The notes beneath the pieces are model-generated. The model had not been told where the DNA came from. It worked only from the letters and a program-made list of their open reading frames with translations, and made no database searches. Both the position numbers and the translations under genes were made by a program. A stretch of DNA of 64,000 nt from Candidatus Cloacimonadota bacterium (GTDB taxonomy: Bacteria; Cloacimonadota; Cloacimonadia; JGIOTU-2): the NCBI GenBank assembly GCA_049903315.1, contig JBNGBT010000007.1, positions 78,160 through 142,159 on the forward strand. Direction: 5' to 3'. Position 1 is the first letter of the stretch. The number at the start of each line of letters is the position of its first letter. This document shows, piece by piece, positions 10,102 through 20,465 of the stretch.

Positions 10102-10860
10102 ATGAAAAAAGTAATATTTATTATTTTAATAGTATTACCAGTTCTTTTACATGCTGATTATGACAATGAATATTCTGTTGTGTATGATAGTGTAAAATAC
10201 TATATGGCAACGGATAAATGTACGTACATCCCTGGAGATTCTGTTCATATGTGTTACAGTGTTACTAATTACAAGTCTTCACCGATTTTATTAACTTTTC
10301 CCTCAACACAAGAATTTGATTTTTATGTAGTAAGGGATACAATCGGTATATGGTTATGGTCCTGGGGAAAACCTTTTTTTTGTATTGTAATACTTGTTGA
10401 TTTAGATCCTGAAGAATCGTTTGAAGCAGTTTATTCATGGAATATGACAAATAATTATGGAAACCAAATTCTTTATGGAGATTATGAAGTTACAGGATTT
10501 TTGGCAACGTATAATAATCTTCCACTTTCCGTAGATATTGAATATGCACCAACCGGAACGAACGAACCGTCTATACAAACCGATAATTCAAATATTGTAA
10601 GTTCACCAAATCCTTTCACATCTTCGACCAACATTTTCTTTTCAGTTTCGGATAATGGTACTGTCGACTTTTCTATTTATAATCTAAAAGGACAGAAGAT
10701 TACAACAATTACGCATCAGAAATATGCAAAAGGTGAATATACAATATTCTGGGATGGACGAGATGAGAATGGAGAAAAGGTAAGCCCAGGTGTTTATTTC
10801 TACAAAATGGAATGCGATGGAGAAATTGTTGCCGTTGAGAAGTGTGTGATAATAAGATAA
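10102..10860 (+). CDS. Secreted BsuPI-like protease-inhibitor domain with FlgD-Ig/T9SS-type C-terminal domain
   Basis: LTFPSTQEFDF...WLWSWGKPF; SPNPF...IYNLKGQKI...WDGRDENG...GVYFY. Confidence 0.75.
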   Translation: MKKVIFIILIVLPVLLHADYDNEYSVVYDSVKYYMATDKCTYIPGDSVHMCYSVTNYKSSPILLTFPSTQEFDFYVVRDTIGIWLWSWGKPFFCIVILVDLDPEESFEAVYSWNMTNNYGNQILYGDYEVTGFLATYNNLPLSVDIEYAPTGTNEPSIQTDNSNIVSSPNPFTSSTNIFFSVSDNGTVDFSIYNLKGQKITTITHQKYAKGEYTIFWDGRDENGEKVSPGVYFYKMECDGEIVAVEKCVIIR

Positions 10861-10869
10861 AGAAAAGCA

Positions 10870-12090
10870 TTGAATAATAAATCTCCGTACTGTAAATCTT
10901 ATATATCAGGTAAACCTAACCTTATTCTACTTTTTATATTTATATCTCTTCTCCCAAACCTTCACTCTCTTGATTTATCATACGGTATTCTCGATGAGAG
11001 TCCATATATTGATAAAAACGCAAGAAATTATATTTTCTTGCATTTAAAAGAAGAAATACCTGAGTGCTTCCCAGAAGATTTTCCGCGAGATGATGGTTTC
11101 CTCTACGGTGAAATTCCTATCGGTAATGAAAGATTGATCATAGCAAGGAATATAACGAATGGTGAAGATGAGATATATGTGTACAATAGCTTTAACGACA
11201 GTACGCAACATATAATAGCTGAAGAAATAACAAGTATAAAAGATCCATTATTAGTAAATTGTTATATTTCATTACTTCAGAAAAATACTCATTTTAAAAA
11301 TTCGGCACTCAAACTGTTCGGGTTGAGTGCTAAAACTATGCTTTTTAGCTCTGCAGATTTCCGGTATGGCTTTTTAGAAATCGACAGTAATGAATATTTT
11401 TTCGGATTAGCTAATAACACTTTCGATTATAGTGATTTGGAGAATACCGTTCTTTACATAGATCTCAATAATAATGGGTATGTTTCTGATAAAGATTCGA
11501 TAGATGTGCATGGAAATTCCACAAAAGAAACATTACATGCAATCGATTCATTCATAATTGACCACCAGGCATATAAAGTAGATTCTATTTCCGTCAATGG
11601 ATATACTGTAGAAATATCAAAATTCGATTCGGAAAGCAAATTTGCCGCTGGATTTATGATGCCATCATTTAGTTATTACGATTCGGAAACAGGATTGTAT
11701 GATGCCTACAAAAATACTGGTGATGTAACATTGATTTTCTATTGGTCACCCGGATGTGGTGGTGCGCAAATGCATATTCCAATAATGAGTAAATTATATG
11801 AAAATTATGACTATATCGATGGTTTCCGGTTTATTTCATTCGTGCCGGAATTTGTAACTGATCAGGACATAAAAGAATTGGATATTCGATTTCCTTTTTA
11901 TGATGGGAATCCAAAACTCATGGACGTTTTTGGACCTTCGTTTCCAAAGATTGTTATCATAGATTCTGATGGAATTATAAAAACGTTTATGGAAAGTAAT
12001 TTTACGACATTGTCTGATCCGAAAGACATCAAAAATGATGAGAATTATAAAAAGATTGATAGGTATTTGGAAGCATTGTTAGAGAAGTAA
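10870..12090 (+). CDS. Exported protein with C-terminal TlpA/redoxin-like domain
   Basis: LIFYWSPGCGGA and FPKIVIIDSDGII; start uncertain (TTG). Confidence 0.6.
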   Translation: MNNKSPYCKSYISGKPNLILLFIFISLLPNLHSLDLSYGILDESPYIDKNARNYIFLHLKEEIPECFPEDFPRDDGFLYGEIPIGNERLIIARNITNGEDEIYVYNSFNDSTQHIIAEEITSIKDPLLVNCYISLLQKNTHFKNSALKLFGLSAKTMLFSSADFRYGFLEIDSNEYFFGLANNTFDYSDLENTVLYIDLNNNGYVSDKDSIDVHGNSTKETLHAIDSFIIDHQAYKVDSISVNGYTVEISKFDSESKFAAGFMMPSFSYYDSETGLYDAYKNTGDVTLIFYWSPGCGGAQMHIPIMSKLYENYDYIDGFRFISFVPEFVTDQDIKELDIRFPFYDGNPKLMDVFGPSFPKIVIIDSDGIIKTFMESNFTTLSDPKDIKNDENYKKIDRYLEALLEK

Positions 12091-12120
12091 AATGTAGATG
12101 GGTTAATAAATCATGAAAAC

Positions 12121-12242
12121 TTCTGATTGTTCGCCATCCGGTGAACATCCGAATGTCTTCAAAGAATGAAATAAATGAATATAAACTCTCAGATGTTAGA
12201 GATCTTCTCAACACTCGGAAGTTCGCAAGCGAACATTCAGAG
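12121..12242. repeat. Inverted pair of REP-like hairpins
   Basis: 12121-12156 ttctgattgttcgc..gaacatccgaatgt matches the reverse complement of 12211-12242 (ctctgaatgttcgc..gaacttccgagtgt). Confidence 0.6.
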
Positions 12243-12267
12243 GTTAAGACATATTGAAGGTATTATT

Positions 12268-13071
12268 ATGAAAGTAATAAAAGTATTTATCGTAATTTTA
12301 ATCATCAGCTCTCTTTATTCATCCCTCAATGCGATCGACATTGATGACAAAGGGATTACATTTGGGCTGAACTATACAAAATTATATGGTAATGTGAAGG
12401 AAAGCTCTGATTTTACTCCGGGATTCACGATTGGTGGTTTCGTGAATAAAAGGATCAATAATTACCTTGTTATTCAGCCCGAGCTGCACCTGACCTCTAA
12501 AATTGTCTATAAAGACGGGAAAGAAAGATTGATGCTCGATAATGATTTGGATGGCTTGTTCAACGAAGATGAATATGACCTTATTGATAATGATGGAGAC
12601 GGATTGGTGGATGAGGACAGACAGGAACTCGAATTCGAAGCAAATGGGCATTATCAATTATTTTATCTGGAAATCCCGATTCTCCTTAAAGCAAATTTCA
12701 TTATTAATTCACCACAAAATTTTAATTTCATTTTCGGTCCTTCATTCGACTTTCTATTATGGGGAGATTACCAGTTCACTCAAGCGGGTGAGAGTTTTGA
12801 AAGTAATGACTTGTCTGGCATCAGTGATTTCAGTATAGAGATTGTCTGCGGAATAGAATATGATTTTGGAAAATACGGAATTAAACTTCTTATTAATCAG
12901 GAAATTATTGAGAATGAATATAAATCTGCCGGAGAGGTCATTATGCAGACATTCAAAGAAAATGGGGGAAGTGTCTGGCCAGGCATCGATAATTACACTG
13001 AATATTGTAAATTCCAGAAAGTCAGCGGATACGGGACAACGGTGACAGTAATGCTGAGTATAAACTTATAA
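12268..13071 (+). CDS. PorT-like outer-membrane beta-barrel protein
   Basis: Signal peptide; GITFGLNY..PGFTIGGF..IQPEL..YLEIPILLK..GPSF pattern. Confidence 0.75.
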   Translation: MKVIKVFIVILIISSLYSSLNAIDIDDKGITFGLNYTKLYGNVKESSDFTPGFTIGGFVNKRINNYLVIQPELHLTSKIVYKDGKERLMLDNDLDGLFNEDEYDLIDNDGDGLVDEDRQELEFEANGHYQLFYLEIPILLKANFIINSPQNFNFIFGPSFDFLLWGDYQFTQAGESFESNDLSGISDFSIEIVCGIEYDFGKYGIKLLINQEIIENEYKSAGEVIMQTFKENGGSVWPGIDNYTEYCKFQKVSGYGTTVTVMLSINL

Positions 13072-13130
13072 AATAAATTATATGAGAATGGACTTCATAC
13101 AACCAAGTTGAATGGATTTCAGTCGTAAAA

Positions 13131-14072
13131 CTATTCTTTTACAAACTCCTCGATCTGTGCACAAATCTTCTTCGCTGATAATCCGAAAGCATCGAGCAAT
13201 ACATCCGGCTTTCCGGACTCACCAAATCTATCATAAATCGCCAGCATTTTCATTTTTGTAGGATAATTCTCCGCAAGCACTTCTGCAATGGCAGAGCCCA
13301 ATCCGCCTGCCTGCAAATGCTCTTCGATGGTCATGAGTTTCCCAAATTTCTTTGCATATTTTATCATACATTCTTTATCAATTGGCTTTATCGTGTGCAT
13401 GTTTATGATAGTTGGAAAAATTCCTTTTTTATGGAGTAACTCAACTGCTTTCATTACTTCCACTCCAATTGTCCCCGCAAAGAAAACCGCACAATCATTA
13501 CCTTCAACAAGAATTTGTGCTTTCCCAATTTTAAAATCCGATTTCTCGTCAGTAAGTGCAGCAGTTGCTTCTCGCGCTAATCGGAGGAATGCGGGTCCTT
13601 GTAACTCTGAAATTTTCATGGTTGCTTTGTATGCCTGAAAATGATCACAGGGAACGACCACAGTCATGTGGGGGAGTATCCTCATCAATGCAATATCCTC
13701 GATTGCCTGGTGGCTGCCACCGTCAGGTCCAACTGAAATTCCTCCGTGTGAACCGACAACCTTTACATTGAGTTGAGAATAACAAACTGTATTTCGAAGC
13801 TGGTCAAAGGCACGTCCGCAGACAAAAACGCCATAGGTGGTTACAAAAGGAATCTTTCCTTCCAAGCTTAATCCTGCTGCAATACCTACCATGTTTTGCT
13901 CTGCAATTCCCACATCGATAAAGCGTTCCGGGAATTTCTCTGCAAACCAGTTCGTTCTCGTTGATGTTGAAAGATCAGCATCGAGTACAAGCACATTAGG
14001 ATTCGTTTTGCCAAGTTCTATCAACGCATTTCCATAGCCGTCACGTATCGGTCGAATATCTTTTATACTCAT
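13131..14072 (-). CDS. Transketolase, C-terminal (pyrimidine-binding) subunit
   Basis: DADL, GIAEQNM, GPDGGSHQ, IEEH...GGLGSA. Confidence 0.93.
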   Translation of the reverse strand: MSIKDIRPIRDGYGNALIELGKTNPNVLVLDADLSTSTRTNWFAEKFPERFIDVGIAEQNMVGIAAGLSLEGKIPFVTTYGVFVCGRAFDQLRNTVCYSQLNVKVVGSHGGISVGPDGGSHQAIEDIALMRILPHMTVVVPCDHFQAYKATMKISELQGPAFLRLAREATAALTDEKSDFKIGKAQILVEGNDCAVFFAGTIGVEVMKAVELLHKKGIFPTIINMHTIKPIDKECMIKYAKKFGKLMTIEEHLQAGGLGSAIAEVLAENYPTKMKMLAIYDRFGESGKPDVLLDAFGLSAKKICAQIEEFVKE

Positions 14073-14905
14073 GCATCCATCCTTTCTTTTATCTCTTTCA
14101 GTGCCAGTGCTAGCTCTTCTTTATTCGGTGCTTTGCCATGCCATCCGGCTTTGTTTTCCATAAATGAAACACCTTTGCCTTTGATCGTTTTTGCATGAAT
14201 CACGGTTGGTTTATCTTTTACAATATGGAATTCTTTGAAAGCATGTAATATCTCAGAAATATTATGACCATCAATAAGTAATGTGTGCCAACCAAAAGCA
14301 TCCCATTTTGCTCTCAGTGGCTCGAGCGCCATGACTTTTTCTGTATCGCCATCTATCTGCAATCTGTTTCTGTCCACAATCGCGCAGAGATTATCCAGCT
14401 TTTTATGAGCCGCAAACATTGCTGCTTCCCAGACTTGCCCTTCATTGAGTTCTCCGTCTCCAAGCAAAGTATACACTCGAAAATCTTTTTTATCCATTTT
14501 TCCTGCCAGGGCAATGCCACATGAGATCGAAAGTCCCTGACCAAGAGAACCGGTAGATACTTCTACTCCCGGAAGCATATATGAAGCAGGATGTCCCTGC
14601 AACCTGGATTTATATTTTCTGAGTGTTTTCAATTCGCATTTATTAAAATAACCGGCATTGGCAAGCAGTGCATAGAGCAGGGGAGCAGCATGACCTTTTG
14701 AGAGAATAAATCTGTCCCTGTTTTGCCATTTTGGATTTTGAGGATCATATTTCATTTCGTTGAAAAACAAAACTGATCCTAAATCTGCACCGGAAAGTGA
14801 ACCTCCGGGATGACCTGAGCCAGCTTCAGCAATCATACTCACAATATCGAGCCGAATCTCTTCTGCCTTTTTTCTAAGTTGATCAACTTCAATAATTCTT
14901 TCCAT
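14069..14905 (-). CDS. Transketolase, N-terminal TPP-binding subunit
   Basis: GSGHPGGSLS, RDRFILSKGH, TGSLGQG, GDGE..EGQVWEA. Confidence 0.93.
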   Translation of the reverse strand: MERIIEVDQLRKKAEEIRLDIVSMIAEAGSGHPGGSLSGADLGSVLFFNEMKYDPQNPKWQNRDRFILSKGHAAPLLYALLANAGYFNKCELKTLRKYKSRLQGHPASYMLPGVEVSTGSLGQGLSISCGIALAGKMDKKDFRVYTLLGDGELNEGQVWEAAMFAAHKKLDNLCAIVDRNRLQIDGDTEKVMALEPLRAKWDAFGWHTLLIDGHNISEILHAFKEFHIVKDKPTVIHAKTIKGKGVSFMENKAGWHGKAPNKEELALALKEIKERMDA

Positions 14906-15096
14906 GATTTCCTTAAAATATTTACTTTTTTATATCACATTTGAGCTAACTCAAAGTAATGAGATATGCATAAATTTTTCATGGCTTGAGCAATAAATCG
15001 TGTCAATAAAAAAAGTTATTAACTACCTTTATATATAAAATTTAATAGGTTTCTTGACAGAATTATAAATTATCTCATTTATTTTAATCACGTATT

Positions 15097-16362
15097 ATGA
15101 TACATCAAAAGCTCGAAGGTTTGCAAATTATTGGTTTCTATGAAAACAGTCAACTCCTCGAAAGTGGTGTCGAGGTCGGGGACTGGCTCATAGAATATAA
15201 TGGCGAGTTGATACAAAGCAAAGAACAACTCACTGAACTGAAATTGCGCTTTCAGGGAATCACGAACATCATAATACGAATCAAACGTAACGATAATGAT
15301 GAGTACTTCCAGATATGGCCCGGTGAACTGGGTGTGTATCTTGCTGAAGTTGAGAAAAGTCCGGTAATAAAAAAAGACGCAGTCCGTATTGACAGCATCA
15401 AGCGTATGGAAAAGAAAACAGGGCTTGAGAACACTTTCTTTACTTCAGTGAAGGAAATTTTTAATCATTATGAGATCGATATAGACTACCATGTGCTCCT
15501 CTGTCTTTCCGGTTACCCCTTCAGATTACAATTCCGGGAAGATTTTTCTCTGGAAACCTTTGATCCAACCGAAGGATATGACTGTGCTTCGTTCCTCTTC
15601 AAAAATCTTGGTCTTAAATGGGAAACTCATAAAAATGAGACAGAGAAAAAAATAAAAAAAATTATTTTTAAAAGCATCGATAGTGGCATCCCGGTTCTCG
15701 CACGAAATCTGTATGGAAAAGATGAATGGGGGATCATTACTGGTTATCAAAATAATGGTGAGGAACTTTTCTGCAGAAGTTTCAGCGATAAAACCCTGGA
15801 TTATTCCATTGCCCCGAACATTCCTTCAAAAGTAATAATATTTAAAGAAGCACCCTCTTTACCTGGTGACTCAGGAGATATTAAAGATCTCACGGACCAG
15901 ATCGTAGCAGCGCTGCATGTAGCTGAAGAACTTCTCAACACTGACGACGCAAATGGTTATTTTCTCGGGAACATGGCTCTTCAGAAATGGCAGGAAGCTT
16001 TGGACAATCATGATTTCTTTGATAAACTCTCAAATCATGAATATGATGTCATCTGCAAGATCAACTGCCAGCTTTTTGACCGATACAGCTACAATTGTCA
16101 GCTTGCTTCAGAATTGTTTGCAGATATAATCAGCATTTTTGAAGAATCCAAAGAACATCTGAAGCGACTGAGCAAATTCTATAAAGCAGAATCAAAAGTA
16201 CTGGGAGATTGTCAGAGATTCATACCAAAAACTTCAGAAGAAAATCTTAAGCATTACTGGAATAAAAAATCCCGTACTAATGAGATCGTTGCTCTTATAA
16301 AAATTCAAAAAAAGAACCGCGAGATCATGTCAATAATGGAGAAACTCCCACTCTTTAAATAA
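15097..16362 (+). CDS. Hypothetical protein: N-terminal PDZ-like domain plus BtrH/C39-like domain
   Basis: SGVEVGDWLIEYNG (PDZ-like); SIDSGIPVL...EWGIITGY. Confidence 0.55.
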   Translation: MIHQKLEGLQIIGFYENSQLLESGVEVGDWLIEYNGELIQSKEQLTELKLRFQGITNIIIRIKRNDNDEYFQIWPGELGVYLAEVEKSPVIKKDAVRIDSIKRMEKKTGLENTFFTSVKEIFNHYEIDIDYHVLLCLSGYPFRLQFREDFSLETFDPTEGYDCASFLFKNLGLKWETHKNETEKKIKKIIFKSIDSGIPVLARNLYGKDEWGIITGYQNNGEELFCRSFSDKTLDYSIAPNIPSKVIIFKEAPSLPGDSGDIKDLTDQIVAALHVAEELLNTDDANGYFLGNMALQKWQEALDNHDFFDKLSNHEYDVICKINCQLFDRYSYNCQLASELFADIISIFEESKEHLKRLSKFYKAESKVLGDCQRFIPKTSEENLKHYWNKKSRTNEIVALIKIQKKNREIMSIMEKLPLFK

Positions 16363-16445
16363 TTGTAATATAGTTTGACAGCGCAAAGTCAATTTCAAGA
16401 TTTTAACCAATAAATAAACAAGAAATCATAATTAAAGGAGAACAC

Positions 16446-16769
16446 ATGTTCACATCTTTATTATATGCCCAGGAAGCGACTGAAGGAGCAGCACAGCAGA
16501 CTGCACAGGGTGGCGGCATAATGGGATTTTTACCCATTATTATCATGTTCGTCATTCTCTATTTCCTTCTTATAAGACCTCAGCAGAAAAAGCAAAAAGA
16601 CATGGTCAAGATGCGTGATGAACTTCAGAAAAATGAAAAAGTCATCACAAGCGGCGGCATAATCGGCACTATTTACAGCATCAAAGGTGATGTTGTGGTG
16701 CTTAAAGTCGACGAAAATGTCAAAATCGAAATCACTAAGAGTGCAATTGCCACAAAATTCACTAATTAG
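16446..16769 (+). CDS. yajC: Preprotein translocase subunit YajC
   Basis: YFLLIRPQQKKQK...VITSGGIIG. Confidence 0.95.
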   Translation: MFTSLLYAQEATEGAAQQTAQGGGIMGFLPIIIMFVILYFLLIRPQQKKQKDMVKMRDELQKNEKVITSGGIIGTIYSIKGDVVVLKVDENVKIEITKSAIATKFTN

Positions 16770-16771
16770 TT

Positions 16772-17302
16772 ATGATACAAAAAATTCGTTTATTCGGGGA
16801 TGAGGTTCTGCGAAAAACAGCAGAACCGATCTCCCCTGAAGATCAGAAAGCAGCGCAAGTCGTTCAGGATTTGATAGACACACTTGGTGCCAACGAAGAA
16901 TTTGCATTAGCTGCACCACAGGTTGGACACTCTTTCCGCATTTTTGTGATAAATCCTATCTGGATCGAAGATGTGGAAAAGCGCCGTCCAATGATATTTA
17001 TTAATCCTGAATTGTTGGAATTTGAAGGAGATCAATTCGTACCTGAAGGGTGTTTGAGTGTGCCCGAAATCTATGAGAAAGTCAAACGGGCACAAACTGT
17101 AAAACTCCGTGCTCAAGACCTTTCAGGTAAATGGAAAAAATATACAGGACAAGAGCTTTTTGCCAGAGCAGTGCAGCATGAAAACGATCATCTGGATGGT
17201 ATTCTATTTATAGATAAGATCTCTCCAATCAGAAGGAGATTGTTACATGGAAAACTTAAAACTATGGCATCAACAACCAAAAACGGAGTTAATGTTGGGT
17301 GA
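16772..17302 (+). CDS. def: Peptide deformylase
   Basis: LAAPQVG, EGCLSVP, QHENDHLDG. Confidence 0.96.
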   Translation: MIQKIRLFGDEVLRKTAEPISPEDQKAAQVVQDLIDTLGANEEFALAAPQVGHSFRIFVINPIWIEDVEKRRPMIFINPELLEFEGDQFVPEGCLSVPEIYEKVKRAQTVKLRAQDLSGKWKKYTGQELFARAVQHENDHLDGILFIDKISPIRRRLLHGKLKTMASTTKNGVNVG

Positions 17303-18246
17303 GACGGATTGAAAAAATAATCTTTATGGGAACTCCGGAATTTGCAGTTCCCACACTCAAAAAACTTATACAAGAACACAGAACACCACAATTAGTTATA
17401 ACTCAGCCGGACAGGAAAAGGGGAAGAGGACAAAAGCTGACATACTCTCCAGTTAAAGAAATTGCACTTGAACATAATTTGGAAGTATATCAACCTCAAT
17501 CTGTAAACATTCCGTCATCCATCGAAAAAATACAAGCATATAAACCGGATCTGATCATCACTGCTGCGTTCGGGAAGATCTTGAAAAACAAACTACTGAA
17601 TATCCCCAAATTCGGCTGCATCAATCTTCATCCATCTCTCTTACCAAAGTATAGGGGACCTTCTCCTATCACATGGGCACTTCTCCACGGAGATACGGTC
17701 ACAGGCACTTCAATCTTCTATATGATCAGTAAAATGGATGCAGGTGATATCATTGTTCAAAGCAGATTGACCATTCAACATGATGATAACTTCAGCACAC
17801 TCTCTAAAAAATTAAGTGAAAAGGGTGCAAATGACTTGTTAAAAGCGATTTCTCTCATTGAGCAGGGAAAGGACTCACCAGTTCCTCAAAACGACCGGTA
17901 TGCAACCTATTCGCATCTGATAACCCGTGAAAACCGCCAAATCAACTGGCATCAAACTGCTGATGAGATAAATAATCAGATACGGAGTCTCGCACCACAA
18001 CCGGGAGCATTCAGTTATCTCAAAGGAAAAGAGATAAAAATTTTGAAAGCAACGCCAACGTACAGAGAGCATTCATCTTTTGGGAAGATAGTAGAAATTG
18101 AGAAACTCGAAGGATTTCTTGTGTCCACAGGATACAGACTACTTCTTGTGAGAGAAATAAAACCTCAGGGAAAACCTGCAATGTCCGCATATGCATACAG
18201 TCTGGGAGCTGATATACTCGATGAAAAATTCGAAGACCAACCCTAA
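17299..18246 (+). CDS. fmt: Methionyl-tRNA formyltransferase
   Basis: FMGTPEFA, TQPD...GRG, INLHPSLLPKYRG. Confidence 0.96.
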   Translation: MRRIEKIIFMGTPEFAVPTLKKLIQEHRTPQLVITQPDRKRGRGQKLTYSPVKEIALEHNLEVYQPQSVNIPSSIEKIQAYKPDLIITAAFGKILKNKLLNIPKFGCINLHPSLLPKYRGPSPITWALLHGDTVTGTSIFYMISKMDAGDIIVQSRLTIQHDDNFSTLSKKLSEKGANDLLKAISLIEQGKDSPVPQNDRYATYSHLITRENRQINWHQTADEINNQIRSLAPQPGAFSYLKGKEIKILKATPTYREHSSFGKIVEIEKLEGFLVSTGYRLLLVREIKPQGKPAMSAYAYSLGADILDEKFEDQP

Positions 18247-19000
18247 ACCTGTCGGCAAAGCTCTTTTTCTCTGGCTTTCAACGATCAGCCTTATTCTTCT
18301 GATGGTTGGAGTGACCGCACTGTGGTATTTCATTTCTCCGCGACTTCATGAGTTCAACGAAGCATTCCCTTTTATCCTTCTCACTGGATTGAGAATATTT
18401 TTCTTTCTTCTTGTGATCGGTTCGATACTTGTGCTCCTCACTGCGATCTTTGAGAGAAATTTCATCATTGCCAGATTTGCTGCTCATCTCTTTATTAGAA
18501 TAATGTACCCCGTATGTGTATTTTTCGGTTCACTCATAGGCATTCCGGAGGAGCGTATCGGAGAATCCTTTGTACGGGTTAATGACACGTTTATAAGATC
18601 TTTACGAAAAAAGTTCGATCCAAAAGAAACACTCGTTCTCTTACCTCACTGCCTGCAGGATACTTCCTGCACAGTCAGAATAACGATTGACCCCTCAAAT
18701 TGCAAAAGGTGCATGCGCTGCGATATAGGGAAAGTTCTGGAACTTTGCGATGAGTTCGGGGTCAATGTCTCGATTGCCACCGGTGGTACTCTTGCACGAA
18801 GGATAATCATTGATAAAAGACCAAAAGTTATCATTGCCGTCGCATGTTATCGTGACCTGGTTTCGGGAATTCGGGATGCGTATCCTATTATGACGCTTGG
18901 AGTTTTCAACCTCCGTCCGAACGGACCCTGTATCAATACTCATGTAAATATTGATATTCTTAGGCAAGCACTGCAGTCAGTTGTAAAGAGTCCCGTATAA
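18221..19000 (+). CDS. DUF116 family membrane protein
   Basis: LPHCLQ, CKRCMRC, ATGGTLAR, AVAC.RDL, RPNGPC; typical position after fmt. Confidence 0.85.
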   Translation: MKNSKTNPKPVGKALFLWLSTISLILLMVGVTALWYFISPRLHEFNEAFPFILLTGLRIFFFLLVIGSILVLLTAIFERNFIIARFAAHLFIRIMYPVCVFFGSLIGIPEERIGESFVRVNDTFIRSLRKKFDPKETLVLLPHCLQDTSCTVRITIDPSNCKRCMRCDIGKVLELCDEFGVNVSIATGGTLARRIIIDKRPKVIIAVACYRDLVSGIRDAYPIMTLGVFNLRPNGPCINTHVNIDILRQALQSVVKSPV

Positions 19001-19013
19001 TTAATCACGCACA

Positions 19014-20465
19014 ATGCAGTATAGCGGATATCCAATCAATAAAATTTCCGAAGCTATCTGGGAAATTCCCAGTTCAGGCAAAATGACGGTTCCTGCAAGA
19101 TTTTATGCGACCGAAAAGATGCTTCCTCAAATTTTCAAAGATAATGCTCTCTCTCAGCTTCTCAATGTGGCACATCTTCCGGGAATCCAAAATTACGCAA
19201 TGGCAATGCCGGATATTCATTATGGTTATGGATTTCCTATTGGCGGAGTAGCAGCATTTGATGTTGAGAACGGAATAATATCACCGGGCGGTGTCGGATA
19301 CGATATTAACTGCGGAGTGAGATTTTGCAGGACAAATCTTTCATATAATGACATCAAAGATATGATCCCTAAAATTGTAGAAGGTTTTTACAGATATGTT
19401 CCAAGCGGACTCGGTTCGAGTGGTGCCATCAAGACGCTTAATCAAAAAGAAGAAACCGAAGTAATGCTCAAGGGTGCAAAATGGGCGATCGAGCAAGGAT
19501 TTGGTAACGAGAATGATCTCAAACATATAGAAAATTACGGCTGCATGGAAGAGGCAAATCCAGACACGGTAAGCGACCGCGCACGACGAAGAGGGCTTGA
19601 CCAGGTTGGCACATTGGGCTCGGGAAATCACTTTCTTGAAATCGGTATGATTGATAAAATATATAATGAACACCTTACTCAAAAATTATCGCTTGAAAAG
19701 GATCAGGTTATCGTCATTGTGCATAGCGGCTCACGTGGATTCGGATACCAGGTTTGTGACGATTTTCTTCATCAAATGGTGAGGGATTTGCCCTCTTTAC
19801 CCTATAAAATTCCCGACAAACAGCTTGCATGTGCGCAGTTCACCTCCGAACTTGGACAGAAATATTATCAGGCAATGTGCTGTGCTGCAAATTATGCATG
19901 GGCAAACAGGCAGGTATTGATGAGCCTTGCAGAAAAAGCGCTCATGAAGACACTTGCAATCTCTGAGGATCAACTCGGTTTTCAGCTCATATATGATGTA
20001 TGCCATAATATCGCAAAAAAAGAAACACATACTGTGGGCGACAAAGAAATGAACCTGTGTGTTCATAGAAAAGGTGCAACTCGCGCTTTCGGTCCGGGAC
20101 GCGAGGAACTTTCTGAAGTGTACAGAGAAATAGGGCAGCCGGTTATTATTCCCGGAGATATGGGAACAAATTCATTTCTGCTGCTTGGAACAGAAAAAGC
20201 AATGCAAGAGAGTTTTGGCTCTTGTTGCCATGGTGCAGGGAGAGTGATGAGCAGGAACCAGGCAAAGCGGACATATTCCTTCCAACAGGTGAAAGATGAA
20301 ATGCAAAAAAAGGGAATTGTTGTTTTCTCGGTTCAGAAGAATACACTTGTGGAAGAATCACCTCATACCTATAAAAATGTTTCAGATGTTGTCGAAGCAG
20401 TCGAAATAGCAGGTCTTGCAAAAAAGATCTTACGCACAAGACCACTGGGTGTACTCAAAGGTTAG
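19014..20465 (+). CDS. rtcB: RNA 2',3'-cyclic phosphate ligase RtcB
   Basis: MPDIH.GYGFPIGG, GYDINCG, GTLGSGNHFLE, HSGSRG, HRKGATRA, HGAGR. Confidence 0.96.
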   Translation: MQYSGYPINKISEAIWEIPSSGKMTVPARFYATEKMLPQIFKDNALSQLLNVAHLPGIQNYAMAMPDIHYGYGFPIGGVAAFDVENGIISPGGVGYDINCGVRFCRTNLSYNDIKDMIPKIVEGFYRYVPSGLGSSGAIKTLNQKEETEVMLKGAKWAIEQGFGNENDLKHIENYGCMEEANPDTVSDRARRRGLDQVGTLGSGNHFLEIGMIDKIYNEHLTQKLSLEKDQVIVIVHSGSRGFGYQVCDDFLHQMVRDLPSLPYKIPDKQLACAQFTSELGQKYYQAMCCAANYAWANRQVLMSLAEKALMKTLAISEDQLGFQLIYDVCHNIAKKETHTVGDKEMNLCVHRKGATRAFGPGREELSEVYREIGQPVIIPGDMGTNSFLLLGTEKAMQESFGSCCHGAGRVMSRNQAKRTYSFQQVKDEMQKKGIVVFSVQKNTLVEESPHTYKNVSDVVEAVEIAGLAKKILRTRPLGVLKG

